In this document: piece by piece, positions 29,315 to 39,838 of the stretch | Numbering within the stretch: position 1 is the stretch's first letter | How the letters are laid out: each line of letters starts with the position of its first letter | Assembly: GCA_963716175.1 (NCBI GenBank) | Contig: OY970296.1 | Coordinates: forward strand, 1,824,001 to 1,888,000 | DNA length: 64,000 nucleotides | DNA from: an uncultured Armatimonadetes bacterium | GTDB taxonomy: Bacteria; Armatimonadota; Hebobacteria; Hebobacterales; Hebobacteraceae | Direction of reading: 5' to 3' | Notes under the pieces: generated by a model | Seen by the model: the letters and a program-made list of their open reading frames with translations, nothing else | Told to the model about the DNA's origin: nothing | The model's database searches: none | Position numbers and translations under genes: made by a program

Positions 29315-30328
29315 ATGAGAAGATCAGCACTCGTAGTCTCGGCATTAGGTCTTACTGCCTTCTCAGTGTTGACCAGGGCATCTGCAGAGCGGCAGGAACA
29401 GCAACAACCACCGAAGGCCTCTATATGCGCCAGCATATCTATCAAAGGGAAAACGATGGAGCTCAGCGGGACCACCAACCTTCCTGACGGGACACCTCTC
29501 AGATACGACGTGTTCGATCCCAACAAGCCGCTGCCGGACCCAGCAGACACGGTTGCCCGGAGTGATCGTAGCGGGGAGGTATTAGTCAAAGAGGGCAACT
29601 GGTCAGCGCCGCCTATCGATCTCAGTAATCTCAGCCCGGGAAGGCTGGGTGTAACCGTAACTCTAGCGCGTCCCAACCTGCCGCGAGGTTGGGACGCGGA
29701 TGAGACTTGGGGACAGGCCATCGCAGCGGGATACGGTCAGGGTGTCGATTACCGCGGAGATCCGGCCGCAGAGGCCAAGCAGGCGGCGCGATTAGCCGAG
29801 GAGGGAAAAGCAAAGGCAGCCGCCGCGAGGGCAACGCTCGAGAAGGAGAGGCGGGCCAAGGCCGCTGCGGCAAGCCAGCAGGCCAAGAAGGCTGAACGAA
29901 TGAGGCTGAACGCCGTAAAGGTGATCAGTAGTTGGGTCGAGTACAACGCGATCGGAAACCCCGAGGCCTGCGTTGTTATCCTCAACGGCACAAAGCGCAC
30001 TCTGGACGCCTACGAGGCGGACATATTCTGCTACGATAACTTCAATCGGCCCGTAAGGCACTACTCGTCTGGGAGCAACCGTTTCAGGGGCCTGAGTCAG
30101 GACCGGATCGAACCCGGTGAGTACAATGCGCAGCGGGCCGATCCAGAAGTCTGGGACAAGCGTCTTTGGCTCTATGTTGACACGTGGACGCTGTTCGGCC
30201 ATGAGAACACGACCAAGATTCGGGTCAAGGTTGTCAGGGCACATTTTACCGACAACACGGTGTGGACGCCCAGACAAGAGACCAGCCAGCGCGCAACCAA
30301 GAGAAGGTCGAAGTCACGGCGACGGTAG
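29315..30328 (+). CDS. Secreted hypothetical protein (two domains joined by an Ala/Lys-rich helix)
   Basis: Strong SD, signal peptide, atypical codon usage. Confidence 0.65.
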   Translation: MRRSALVVSALGLTAFSVLTRASAERQEQQQPPKASICASISIKGKTMELSGTTNLPDGTPLRYDVFDPNKPLPDPADTVARSDRSGEVLVKEGNWSAPPIDLSNLSPGRLGVTVTLARPNLPRGWDADETWGQAIAAGYGQGVDYRGDPAAEAKQAARLAEEGKAKAAAARATLEKERRAKAAAASQQAKKAERMRLNAVKVISSWVEYNAIGNPEACVVILNGTKRTLDAYEADIFCYDNFNRPVRHYSSGSNRFRGLSQDRIEPGEYNAQRADPEVWDKRLWLYVDTWTLFGHENTTKIRVKVVRAHFTDNTVWTPRQETSQRATKRRSKSRRR

Positions 30329-30366
30329 CTCAGACCTCTTGTTGGCGGAGGGAGGTGAAGAGCGGC

Positions 30367-30570
30367 ATGCCAGAAGACAAGCGCATCGCAAGCAGGAAAG
30401 TCGTGGTGTATTTCTACCAGGGGCCTCAGGGCGGAGGGAGCTTCCACTTCACCAACGAGAGGGGCAGGATCAGTGGCCCGCCAGAGGTACCAAAGGCGAA
30501 GCCGTTCGCCAATATCGAAGAAGCGGTCGAGATGTTCCGCGGCATAGCAGAGGACCTAATGAGGACCTAG
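30367..30570 (+). CDS. Small hypothetical protein (67 aa)
   Basis: GGGAGGTGA SD before ATG; protein-like composition. Confidence 0.5.
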   Translation: MPEDKRIASRKVVVYFYQGPQGGGSFHFTNERGRISGPPEVPKAKPFANIEEAVEMFRGIAEDLMRT

Positions 30571-30982
30571 CTGGGATAGCGCAAAAGCATGTACCGACCA
30601 ACTTGGAGGCCGGGCCGACCTCAAAGTCCACTGACAAGTAGCGGGCAGGAGAACTAGACAACGGCCTCATCGCCCATAGCAGAGTGGGGCGCGGCGAAAT
30701 GGCGTGGGTTGACGCGCTTCCAGAAGGTTGCGTAGGCGTAGGGCAGGACCGTCATCCCCAGGGTCGGCCCGTTTCGCGCTCGGCGGCCGGGGTTGGACTG
30801 CATGTTGCATGTTGGGGAGCTTACCTCCCGCCATTCCTGAGCGAGCGCCGCCGACTTGCCCGCCTCTGGAGTGTCGGGCGGAGGGATATGGCAGGAGCAC
30901 TGCTCCTGCCCAGCGAACAGCGAGCGAGTCGCTCACCGTTGCCCGATCCCCCGGAGTCGACCGGCCGAAGGGGCGGCCGACC

Positions 30983-31789
30983 ATGCTTCTCGCACACGAA
31001 TTCGACAACGCCTCGCTGAACCGAGCGCTGGAGCCATTCCTGGGCATGGCCCACGACCTGCTCGGCGACCAATTGGTCTCGGTTCTCCTGCATGGATCCG
31101 TGGTGTTCGACGACCTGGCCCCTGGCTACGGCGACCTGGACTTCGTGGCCATCGTTGCGGGTGAACTCTCGGAGGAACGGTGTCGTCGGCTTGTTGACCT
31201 GCGCCGACCCCTGCGCGGCGGCGACTGGGGCCCGTTCGGCAAGATGCTGGAAGGCGCTTTCCTGCCCCGCGACCTTCTCGACCCGAAGAAGACGGGAAGC
31301 GCGTTCTGGTGGGGCACCAGCGGAGAGCGGGCCTGGCAGGGCAACCGACTTGGGTGGTTCTGCCTGCACGGCCTGCGTACCGCGGGAATCGTCATCTTCG
31401 GGGAGGACGTGCGGGCTGAGATTCCTCCTGCCAGCCGGGAGAGCTTGCTTGCAGATGCCTGGGCAGACTGCCAGAACATCAAGCAGCACGGCCGAGGTGG
31501 AACGCTGCACTCTGTGGATTGGCTCCTGCAGGCCGCGCGGGTGCTCTTCTGGCTGAAGGAAGGCGAGCTGATCTCCAAGAGCCGGGCCGCTGACTGGGGG
31601 CTTGACCATGTCACAGGCCGCTGGCGGAACCTGCTGCGGCAGGCGAAGGAGATACGGCTCCACCCGCAGCGCGCGGAGTCGCCTGAGGTCAAGCGCTGGC
31701 TTGACGGGCTGACCGAGCCTATCCAAGAGGCGAGTCAGGAACTCGAGCAGGAGTTGCTGGCACTCGGGTTCCGCCCGCCGGCGGCCTGA
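30983..31789 (+). CDS. Nucleotidyltransferase with DUF4111-like domain (aminoglycoside adenylyltransferase-like fold)
   Basis: LLHGS..GDLDF motif; C-terminal LISKSRAADW. Confidence 0.7.
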   Translation: MLLAHEFDNASLNRALEPFLGMAHDLLGDQLVSVLLHGSVVFDDLAPGYGDLDFVAIVAGELSEERCRRLVDLRRPLRGGDWGPFGKMLEGAFLPRDLLDPKKTGSAFWWGTSGERAWQGNRLGWFCLHGLRTAGIVIFGEDVRAEIPPASRESLLADAWADCQNIKQHGRGGTLHSVDWLLQAARVLFWLKEGELISKSRAADWGLDHVTGRWRNLLRQAKEIRLHPQRAESPEVKRWLDGLTEPIQEASQELEQELLALGFRPPAA

Positions 31790-31826
31790 CAGGGGGACTT
31801 CGCGAAGCTGTCGAAGGCTTGGCTCC

Positions 31827-33725
31827 ATGTTGTCATTGCTGATCTGGGCGGCCATCCTCTGCGCCTGTTTCGCCTTCGGCGCGGGGGCGCTGGCGCGGCT
31901 GCGCGCCCGACCCGAGAGCTGGGCCGAGGAGGCGCCTTTCGCCGTCGCGCTCGGGATGGGGCTGTTGGCCTATCTCATACTGGCCGCCGGGCTGCTGGGG
32001 CAACTCAAGGTGTGGGTCGGCATCGCCCTCATCTGCCTGCTGGCCCTGTTGGGTTGGCGCCATCTGGTCCGGCTGGGCCGGGCGCTGCGCCAAGCCCTGT
32101 CGTCACCCAAGCGCCTGCACTGGGCCCTCCTTCCACTCTTGCTGTTCCTGCTTGCCACCGGGGCCTTTACCCTGGTCGGCGCTTTGGCCCCGGCCACCGA
32201 CATTGACTACGACGGCCTCGTCTATCATCTCGCCATCCCTGAGATCTATCTCCGCGACGGCCGCATCCACTTCATCCCCTGGCTCTCCCACTCCAACTTC
32301 CCCTTCACCCTCGAGATGCTCTATCTCCTGGGCCTGCTGCTGCGCGACCAATCGCTGGCCAAGCTCTTCCATCTGGGGTGCGGGTGGCTCATCATCTGGG
32401 CGGCGTTCGCCTTCGGCCGGCGCTCCTGGGGGCCGCGCGCCGGCTGGCTGGCGGCCAGCATCCTGGCCGGCATTCCGCTTCTCTCCTGGGAGATGATGTC
32501 GGCCTATAACGAGCTGGCATTCGCCCTCTATGCCTTCCTGGCGATCTTCGCCCTCAGCCGCTGGTTCGAGGCCCGGCACTCCGGCGAGGGCGATGGCTGG
32601 CTGTGGGTTGCGGCCATCATGTGTGGCCTCTGCCTGGGCACCAAGATGCTGGCCGGCGCGGTCCTGATCTTCGCCCTGATCGCGCTGGCCTGGCACTGGC
32701 TGCGCAGCAGTCCACGGGAACGAATGCTGCTGCGGATCATCGCATTCGCCGCCATTGCCCTCGCGGTCGCCTCCCCCTGGTATCTCAAGTCTTATTTCTA
32801 CACCGGCAATCCAGTCTATCCGTTCTTCTATGGCCTCTTCGACGGCCGGTTCTGGACCGCGGAGCGCGCCCGGCTTTACACCGCGGCGCAGAAGGAATTC
32901 GGGATTGGCGCGGGACCGCTGGCCTTCCTCGCCCTGCCCTGGAACCTGACCATGAACTCCTACCGGTTCTTCGACCTGCCCACCCAGCTCCGCCCGGTGA
33001 ACATCCTGGTCTGGGTCTTCGGCCCGCTGGTGCTGGCCCTGACCCCAACTCTGCTGGCGACAGGCCCGGCCGGCGGGCGGGCGCGGCTGATGCTCTGGTT
33101 CGCGCTGGTCTATACTGGGATCTGGTTCCTCATGACCCAGAACGGCCGCTATCTCATCCCCATCCTCCCCGGCCTTTCCGCCTGCGCCGGGCTGGCCGCG
33201 GCGCGCCTGCTGGAGCGGCGCGGGCTGCTGGTGGCTGCGACCACTCTGGCACTCCTGCTTGGGTTCGCCTCCAGTCTCTATGCCAGCTTCAGCCTCGCCT
33301 CTCCCGCCTGGCGGGTGGCGCTCGGCCTGCAGTCTCAATCGGAATACCTGGAACGCAACTCGCAGCTCTATCCCTGGCTGCAGGCCATCAACCGGGCCAC
33401 ACCGCCTGACGCGAAGATCATGGTGTTCGGCGACGAGCCCCGCCTCTTCTATCTGGACCGTGGCTATCTGCTCGGGAACCACGCGCAGATATTCTCGGCC
33501 CGCGATCTGGCCAGCCCGGATTCCCTGCTCGCCGCCATGCGGCGGATGGGAGTCACCCATCTCATCATCCAGGTCTCGGCGCTTCAGGAGATGGCTCAGA
33601 GGAAAGGGGTGCTGGAAACCGATCTCGCCGGACTGGAGGCGGAACAGAAGATACGGCCAATCGGATTGTATGGTACACTCAGCCTATGGCAGATCGCCGA
33701 CGCAAGCCGTCGAAGCGAGCGCTAG
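31827..33725 (+). CDS. GT-C fold membrane glycosyltransferase
   Basis: DGLVYHL..P, SPWYLK..TGNPVYPF, RYLIP; many TM helices. Confidence 0.78.
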   Translation: MLSLLIWAAILCACFAFGAGALARLRARPESWAEEAPFAVALGMGLLAYLILAAGLLGQLKVWVGIALICLLALLGWRHLVRLGRALRQALSSPKRLHWALLPLLLFLLATGAFTLVGALAPATDIDYDGLVYHLAIPEIYLRDGRIHFIPWLSHSNFPFTLEMLYLLGLLLRDQSLAKLFHLGCGWLIIWAAFAFGRRSWGPRAGWLAASILAGIPLLSWEMMSAYNELAFALYAFLAIFALSRWFEARHSGEGDGWLWVAAIMCGLCLGTKMLAGAVLIFALIALAWHWLRSSPRERMLLRIIAFAAIALAVASPWYLKSYFYTGNPVYPFFYGLFDGRFWTAERARLYTAAQKEFGIGAGPLAFLALPWNLTMNSYRFFDLPTQLRPVNILVWVFGPLVLALTPTLLATGPAGGRARLMLWFALVYTGIWFLMTQNGRYLIPILPGLSACAGLAAARLLERRGLLVAATTLALLLGFASSLYASFSLASPAWRVALGLQSQSEYLERNSQLYPWLQAINRATPPDAKIMVFGDEPRLFYLDRGYLLGNHAQIFSARDLASPDSLLAAMRRMGVTHLIIQVSALQEMAQRKGVLETDLAGLEAEQKIRPIGLYGTLSLWQIADASRRSER

Positions 33726-35050
33726 CCGGAGCGGCGGCGCCGGCTCCCGTCGCGCCGGAACGGCGGATGCTGCGCCTGCTGGTGGTCGGCTACCTGTTTC
33801 TTGCCGCCCTCTACGCCACCGCGATTCCGCCGGGGAAAGGGCCGGATGAGACCGCCCATCTGCGCTACATTTCGTACCTCGCGCAGCACCACCGCCTGCC
33901 TGTGTTCCAGAGAGAGAACCCCGGGTCCGATTACGAGTTCCATCAGCCCCCGCTCTATTACCTGATCTGTCTGCCCACCTATCTCCTCACCTCCTCCTCG
34001 CCAGAGGCCGCGGCGCAGGCGGTTCGCTTCGTCACCATCCTGCTGGGCCTTCCCCTGCTCTACCTTACCTTCGCGCTGGGGCGCACTCTCGCCCCCGAAC
34101 GGCCCGCGGCCGCGGTGGCCGCGGCCGCGGTGGTGGCTTTCCTGCCCATGCACCTTGCGCTTGTCTCCAGCGCTGACAACGATGTCCTCACAGAGGTCTT
34201 CTTCGCCGCTGCCCTGGTACTCATGGTCCGACACCTGCGCGCCGGCTCGGCTTACCGCCAGCAGCAGGCCCCGCCGCCGCCTCTCTCCACTATGGCTCTT
34301 GCCGGGATCATGACGGGCCTGGGACTGCTGACCAAGTCGCTCGCCGTCCTTCTCCTCCCCATGATCTGGGCGACTGCTGTCCTCGCCGCGCGAGGTCCGC
34401 AGGGCTATGAGTGGCGCCGGCTGGCCCGCGATCTCGCGGTGAGCACCGGCCTGGCCCTGGCGCTGGCGGGTTGGTGGCTGTGGCGCAATCAGGTGCTTTA
34501 CGGTGACCCGCTCGCCCAGAAGGTCTTCCTCAGCGCGTTTCGCGATCGCCCCTCACCCCAGGAGTTCATGCAGCGCACCGGCCTGCAAACCCCGAGCTAC
34601 GTGGTGCTGGTGATCACGTGGACGCTGGCCAGCGGCCTGGGCATGTTCGGGCCGGTCTACGGCAACCGCTTCGTCTTCTTCCCTTACTGGGTGTACTTGG
34701 TCTTTGGGGCGAAAGCCCTGTCGGAGGCCGGCGGCTTCGTCCGGCACCTGAGGCGCACACCCCAGGCTGACTGGCAGCGCCAGTCCTGGTGGCTTTCGGC
34801 CTTGCTGGTGGGGCTTCTGCTCGTCAGCTTCATCCGGTTCAACTTCTCCTTCTTCCAGGCGCAGGCGCGCTATCTCTTCCCCGGCCTGCCGGCGGCCGCG
34901 CTTGCCCTCTGCCTGGGTCTGGGGGAGCTGGCACCCGCCCGGCGGGAAGAGGCGCTGGTGGTGGGGCTCTTCCTCCTCTTGCTGCTGGCCGTCGCCGGCC
35001 TCTTCATCTGGACCATCCCGCAGTTCCAGCTAGCGCCACCAGTCCCATGA
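33686..35050 (+). CDS. GT-C fold membrane glycosyltransferase (DUF2142/PMT-like)
   Basis: PDETAH, HQPPLYY, RNQVLYGD, QARYLFP. Confidence 0.78.
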   Translation: MADRRRKPSKRALAGAAAPAPVAPERRMLRLLVVGYLFLAALYATAIPPGKGPDETAHLRYISYLAQHHRLPVFQRENPGSDYEFHQPPLYYLICLPTYLLTSSSPEAAAQAVRFVTILLGLPLLYLTFALGRTLAPERPAAAVAAAAVVAFLPMHLALVSSADNDVLTEVFFAAALVLMVRHLRAGSAYRQQQAPPPPLSTMALAGIMTGLGLLTKSLAVLLLPMIWATAVLAARGPQGYEWRRLARDLAVSTGLALALAGWWLWRNQVLYGDPLAQKVFLSAFRDRPSPQEFMQRTGLQTPSYVVLVITWTLASGLGMFGPVYGNRFVFFPYWVYLVFGAKALSEAGGFVRHLRRTPQADWQRQSWWLSALLVGLLLVSFIRFNFSFFQAQARYLFPGLPAAALALCLGLGELAPARREEALVVGLFLLLLLAVAGLFIWTIPQFQLAPPVP

Positions 35051-35540
35051 AACCCCTCGGAACCAGCCATTGTCTGCTCGCGCTTTTCCTGCTTGCCGCC
35101 GGCTGCGGACGACGGCCCGCGCCACCGGCCGGGCAGAAGCCATCTCCACCAGCAGCCCCTTCCTTGGAGTTAGGAGGATCGGTGATCCGCATCGCCGATC
35201 CCGAGGGCCGCTGGAAGTTCGAAGCTCGCTCTGCCCAGGTGAAGGCAGCCACCCTTGATGGGCCCTATCTCCTCACTCCCGCGGATGGCCGCTATCAAGA
35301 GACCGGCAAGGAGCCGGTGCTGATGCGTGCGGCGCGCGCGGATGTTGACAGGCAGGGCCAGCGCGTCAGCTTACGCGGCTCGGTGCGGATCGCCTCTGAC
35401 GCCTGGCTGCTGGAGGCCGAGCGGGTGGACTATGACCTGAAGAATGGGAAGGTTGTCTCTCCCGGCCTCACGAAGCTAACCTTTGGCCAGGAGGCGGCTG
35501 AGGCCTTCGCGCGTCAGGGCCAAGGAGGGGAGCGCGATGA
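35047..35540 (+). CDS. lptC: LptC-like lipoprotein (stop at 35540 restored by one extra G in run 35527..35530)
   Basis: Lipobox-like LAAGC, beta-jellyroll-like strand pattern, position upstream of lptA-like and lptB. Confidence 0.55.
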
Positions 35541-36118
35541 TGAAGACAGCAGTCCCGCGAGGCCTGATGGTAGCTGGTGCCTTGCTGGGAGCGGCAGCCG
35601 CCCTTCTCGCCGCCCAGGTCAAGCCGGCCAGCCCAGGCGCGGCCCGATTCGGCCGCTACACCATCGAGGCCAAACACCTGGAAGGTACCATGACCGGCCC
35701 CTGGGAGTTCTCGAACGACGTGACTGTCACGGGCCCGGAGGTGACTGTCACCTGTGACCGCCTCCAGATCTGGCCGCCGAGCAAGGCCGGGGTTGACTTC
35801 GAGCGAGCGGAGGCCAGCGGGCACGTGGTGGTGCGGGCCCGCTATCTCGCCAGCGACCGGACCGAGTGGACGGTGGTCGGCACCGCGGCCTTCGGGAGCT
35901 ACGACCGCAAAGCAGGCCAGGGTGTGCTGCGCGGGAGTGTGAGATTCGACGGCACTAACCTCACCACCGGCGCCGTGCTGTCAGTGGCCGCGGATAAGCT
36001 GATCTACGAGATCAAGACCCGGCAGTTTCGCTTCGAGAAGGGCGAGGAGCCGGTGCGGGTGCAGTGGGAGGAGCCGCAGCCAGCGGCAGGTGCGGCCGAG
36101 CAGGAAGGCGGAAAGTGA
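35537..36118 (+). CDS. LptA/OstA-like periplasmic protein
   Basis: Signal peptide; VTCDRL, AEASGHV, ADKLIY; directly upstream of lptB. Confidence 0.65.
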   Translation: MMKTAVPRGLMVAGALLGAAAALLAAQVKPASPGAARFGRYTIEAKHLEGTMTGPWEFSNDVTVTGPEVTVTCDRLQIWPPSKAGVDFERAEASGHVVVRARYLASDRTEWTVVGTAAFGSYDRKAGQGVLRGSVRFDGTNLTTGAVLSVAADKLIYEIKTRQFRFEKGEEPVRVQWEEPQPAAGAAEQEGGK

Positions 36119-36837
36119 GCCTGGTCGGACGAGGTCTGGTCAAGCGCTACGCCCGCCGCTCCGTCGTGGACCGGGTGAACCTGGAGGTGCAGCCAGGGGA
36201 GACCATTGGTCTGCTTGGCCCCAATGGCGCCGGGAAGACCACCACTTTCTACCTGCTGGTGGGCCTGGTTCTGCCCGAAGAGGGGGCGGTGACCCTCGAC
36301 AAGGCCGATGTCAGCCGGCTTTCGATGCATCACCGGGCGCGCCTCGGCATCGGCTACCTGGCCCAGGAGAACTCGTCGTTCCGCCATCTCACGGTCGCGG
36401 AGAACATCGCGGCGATCCTGGAGTGGATGCCGCTTTCCGCCGCCGAGCGCCGGAGTCGCCTGGAGAAGCTGCTCCAAGATTTCCATTTGCAGACGGTGCG
36501 GGACGTGCCTGCCGGGGTGGTCTCGGGAGGCGAGCGCCGCCGCACCGAGATCGCCCGGGCGCTGGTTCGCGAGCCCCGCTACCTGCTGCTGGACGAGCCC
36601 TTCACCGGTGTTGATCCCATCGCCGTGGCCGAACTCCAGGACATCGTCGCCGAGCTCCGCTCCCGCGATATGGGTATGGTAATCACGGACCACAATGTGC
36701 GGGAGACGCTGCGCATCACCGATCGCAGCTACATCATGTACGAAGGCAAGATCCTCACCTCGGGCACCTCGCAGGAGCTGCTGGACGATCCCATCGCCCG
36801 CCGCTTTTACCTCGGCGACCGCTTTCAGTTGACATGA
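36115..36837 (+). CDS. lptB: LPS export ABC transporter ATP-binding protein
   Basis: GLLGPNGAGKTTTF, GIGYLAQE, SGGERRR, LDEPFTGVDP, ITDHNVRETL, YLGDRF. Confidence 0.93.
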   Translation: MSLVGRGLVKRYARRSVVDRVNLEVQPGETIGLLGPNGAGKTTTFYLLVGLVLPEEGAVTLDKADVSRLSMHHRARLGIGYLAQENSSFRHLTVAENIAAILEWMPLSAAERRSRLEKLLQDFHLQTVRDVPAGVVSGGERRRTEIARALVREPRYLLLDEPFTGVDPIAVAELQDIVAELRSRDMGMVITDHNVRETLRITDRSYIMYEGKILTSGTSQELLDDPIARRFYLGDRFQLT

Positions 36838-37913
36838 GGATCCTGGATCGCTATCTGATCCGCGAGATGTCTGGCCCCTTCCTCTTTGGGGTGCTCGCCT
36901 TCGTGCTCCTCTTCGTCTCCGCCAACATCCTGTTCAAGCTCACTCAGCTCATCAGCGACCTCGGCCTAAGCCTCTGGACCGCGAGCGAACTCTTCCTCCT
37001 GTGGCTGCCAGGGTTCGTGGTCTACACTTTCCCGCTGGCCACTCTGGTGGCTGTCCTGATCACCTTTGGCCGGCTGGGTGGAGACAGCGAGCTGGTGGCG
37101 ATCTATGCAGGGGGCATCGGCTTCCGGCGCCTGGTAGTGCCAATGCTGGCCGCTGGCCTCATCGTCTCTCTCGCCACCGCGGCGCTGAATGAGCTGGTGG
37201 CGCCGGCCTGCAGCGGCCGGGCCGACCATATCGTTCGCGCCGCCACGGCACGCGCCGGAAAAGGAAGCCAGGACAACGTCTTTCTGAAGGAGATGTCAGG
37301 TCAGGAGGTGACACAACTGGTCTACGCCGACCGGCTGGATGTGTCCAGTGGCGAGCTCCTCCATCCCACCATCGTCTGGTTCGAGAAGGGCCGGCCCGCG
37401 ATGGTGACGGTGGCGGACCGGGGCCGTTGGCAGGGAGGCGCCTGGTGGCTCTATCACGGGAGTCACAAGTCTCTCCAGCCCGACCAGTTGGCCAGCACCA
37501 GCTTCGAGCGCACCGTGGTGGACTTCCATACCAGTCCCAAGGAAATGGTCCAGCAGGTGCGCAGCCCGGAGGAGATGACCTACCGCGAGCTACGGGACTA
37601 CATTCGGTATGCGCTCAGCCATCGCCTGCCCACCACGGTGCTGGAACTCACACTCTACCAGAAGCTCGCCATTCCCTTCGCCTCCCTGGTCTTCGCGCTG
37701 ATCGCGCCCCCGTTGGGCATGCGCTCCCATCGCGGCAGCTCGGCCATCGGCCTGGGCATCGCCATCCTGATAGGGTTCGGCTATTACGTGATCTGGAACT
37801 ACCTCTCTATCGTCGCCCAGCAGGGCGCGCTCGCACCCTTCTGGGCGGCCTGGCTTCCCGATCTTGTGGCTGGCGCCATCGGCCTGGGCCTGGTACTCAG
37901 GGTGCGCGAGTAG
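36834..37913 (+). CDS. LptF/LptG family permease
   Basis: MRILDRYLIRE, DSELVAI, KLAIPFASL, AAWLP. Confidence 0.9.
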   Translation: MRILDRYLIREMSGPFLFGVLAFVLLFVSANILFKLTQLISDLGLSLWTASELFLLWLPGFVVYTFPLATLVAVLITFGRLGGDSELVAIYAGGIGFRRLVVPMLAAGLIVSLATAALNELVAPACSGRADHIVRAATARAGKGSQDNVFLKEMSGQEVTQLVYADRLDVSSGELLHPTIVWFEKGRPAMVTVADRGRWQGGAWWLYHGSHKSLQPDQLASTSFERTVVDFHTSPKEMVQQVRSPEEMTYRELRDYIRYALSHRLPTTVLELTLYQKLAIPFASLVFALIAPPLGMRSHRGSSAIGLGIAILIGFGYYVIWNYLSIVAQQGALAPFWAAWLPDLVAGAIGLGLVLRVRE

Positions 37914-37925
37914 GGCGGCGCGGAC

Positions 37926-39614
37926 ATGTGGGGTTATCTCGCGGCTGTCAGGGTAGCTGCTCTCCCGGGGCTGCTGATCGGCGCCGCCCTGGGAGCATAC
38001 CCCTGGCATCGGAACTGGCCCGGCCTTTCCCTCCTGGGTGTCTGGGGAGGTGCGGCCTGGGGGTGGCTGCTGGGGGTCGCGCTAGCGATTCCTCTGGGCT
38101 GGGCCCTATCGCGGCGTTCCTGTGCCTCAGCAAGGCGGGCCCGGGCAGGCTGGCGGCGAGTGCTGGGGGTGGGCCTGGCCGCGCTCGCCCTCGCGCCGGT
38201 CGCTCTGTGGCTGACGCTGCTCCTGCCAGGCGGTTTGCTGCGCAAGGCGATGGCCTCCGGTCGGGCTAGAGGCGACGTCCGCCCCGACCTCATCCTGATC
38301 ACGATAGAGGCCTTGCGGCCGGATCGCCTTGGCGCCTATGGCAGCGCCAAAGGCCTCACCCCGAACCTTGACGCCTTCGCGCGCGATGCCACCCGCTACG
38401 ACGCGGCCTATGTCAGGGGCCCATGGACGCTGCCATCGCTGGCCTCCCTGTTCACTTCCCTCGCGCCCTCACAGTCTTTGGTCGGGCCACCGGCGGAGCC
38501 GCTCACCTCCAAGCCTGCCGTGTCCTTCGTGCTGGCGAAGCACGTGCCCATGCTCTCGGAGGAACTGGCGCGGGCAGGCTATGCTACCGCCGCCGAGCTC
38601 ACCAATCACTTCCTTTCCGCCCAGCGCGGGTGGAGCCGGGGTTTCGACTGCTACCGCAATGAGAGCAGCGAGGACAACCCGGTCTCCGATCTCACCCTGG
38701 GCCAGCATGTGACCGAGCGCGCCTCCGAGTGGCTGCGCCTCAACCGGCGCCAGCCCTTCTTCCTTTGGATGCACTACTTCGATCCGCATGTTCCCTATGA
38801 CTCCCCGGACACTCCCCCTGAGTTCCGCGCCCGGTATCCCCGGAGCTGGATCGCCCACCGGCGCACTTGGCTCCAGGCGATGCGATATGCGGATGAGGCC
38901 ACCCGCAGCCAATACATGCAGTTCTACCGCGGAATGTACGAAGAGGAGGTCCGCTATGTTGACCACTGGGTGGGAGAGCTGCTGCGCCGCATCAAAGAGG
39001 CCGGCCTCTACCGGCGCGCTCTCATCGTGATCACTGCCGATCATGGGGAGGAACTGTTCGATCGCGGTGACGACACCGCGGTCGAGCACGGGCACAGCAT
39101 GCACGACCCGGTGCTTTGGGTTCCGCTGCTGGTGAAATGGCCGCAGGGGGTGGCGGCCGACAAACGCATCACGCAGACTGTGGCTACAGCCGATATCCAC
39201 GGCACACTGCTGCAGTTTGCGGGTGTCCGGACAACGGGCAGAGAAGGGCACCCGCCGCTGCCGCGGCACGACGGTGAGCGAGGCGACGAAGTGTTCTCGG
39301 AGTGGATCTACTACGGGGCCCAGCAGGCCGCGCTGACCACGGATGACTACAAGGTGATCTACCACCCTGACCAGAGCGGCGCCGAAGGGACGTTCGAGGT
39401 GTACGATCGCCGCAGCGACCGCCAAGAGCTCCACGACCTGGCATCCACCCCCGTCGCCGCCGATCTTCGCGCTCGCCTCCGGCGCCTCACTCAGGCCGCC
39501 CTGGAGACCCGCCGCCTGGCTGCGGAGAGAGGGGGAGCGCCCTCCCTCGCACTCTCGGAGAAGGCCAAGCGCGACCTGCGGTCATTGGGCTACATCGGAG
39601 ACTCTTCCCCCTAA
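37926..39614 (+). CDS. Membrane-anchored sulfatase-like (alkaline phosphatase superfamily) protein
   Basis: N-terminal TMs; PWTLPSLASLFT, HYFDPHVPY, ADHGEE, EHGH, LRSLGYI. Confidence 0.85.
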   Translation: MWGYLAAVRVAALPGLLIGAALGAYPWHRNWPGLSLLGVWGGAAWGWLLGVALAIPLGWALSRRSCASARRARAGWRRVLGVGLAALALAPVALWLTLLLPGGLLRKAMASGRARGDVRPDLILITIEALRPDRLGAYGSAKGLTPNLDAFARDATRYDAAYVRGPWTLPSLASLFTSLAPSQSLVGPPAEPLTSKPAVSFVLAKHVPMLSEELARAGYATAAELTNHFLSAQRGWSRGFDCYRNESSEDNPVSDLTLGQHVTERASEWLRLNRRQPFFLWMHYFDPHVPYDSPDTPPEFRARYPRSWIAHRRTWLQAMRYADEATRSQYMQFYRGMYEEEVRYVDHWVGELLRRIKEAGLYRRALIVITADHGEELFDRGDDTAVEHGHSMHDPVLWVPLLVKWPQGVAADKRITQTVATADIHGTLLQFAGVRTTGREGHPPLPRHDGERGDEVFSEWIYYGAQQAALTTDDYKVIYHPDQSGAEGTFEVYDRRSDRQELHDLASTPVAADLRARLRRLTQAALETRRLAAERGGAPSLALSEKAKRDLRSLGYIGDSSP

Positions 39615-39615
39615 T

Positions 39616-39805
39616 GGCGTTCGCACAAAGAGGTAACCTGCGAACGCCGCTCTGGGCCCGTCTGAGCAGTTGCCTGAGCTTCGCCCCGTTGCTTCTTCGG
39701 GCGAAGCTCAGTAGGCATCCTCAGGCCGCCAGGACGCGCTTGCACCCGCCCACCCCCGCGACGACCCGAAGGAAGTGCGGGGCCCACCACCGGCGGGCCC
39801 CGCAC
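39616..39805. terminator. Three strong hairpins between convergent genes
   Basis: Stems 39616-25/39639-48, 39674-86/39699-711, 39775-85/39795-805. Confidence 0.55.
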
Positions 39806-39838
39806 CAGACAGCATGCTGATCTGCTGAAGTCGTCCCG

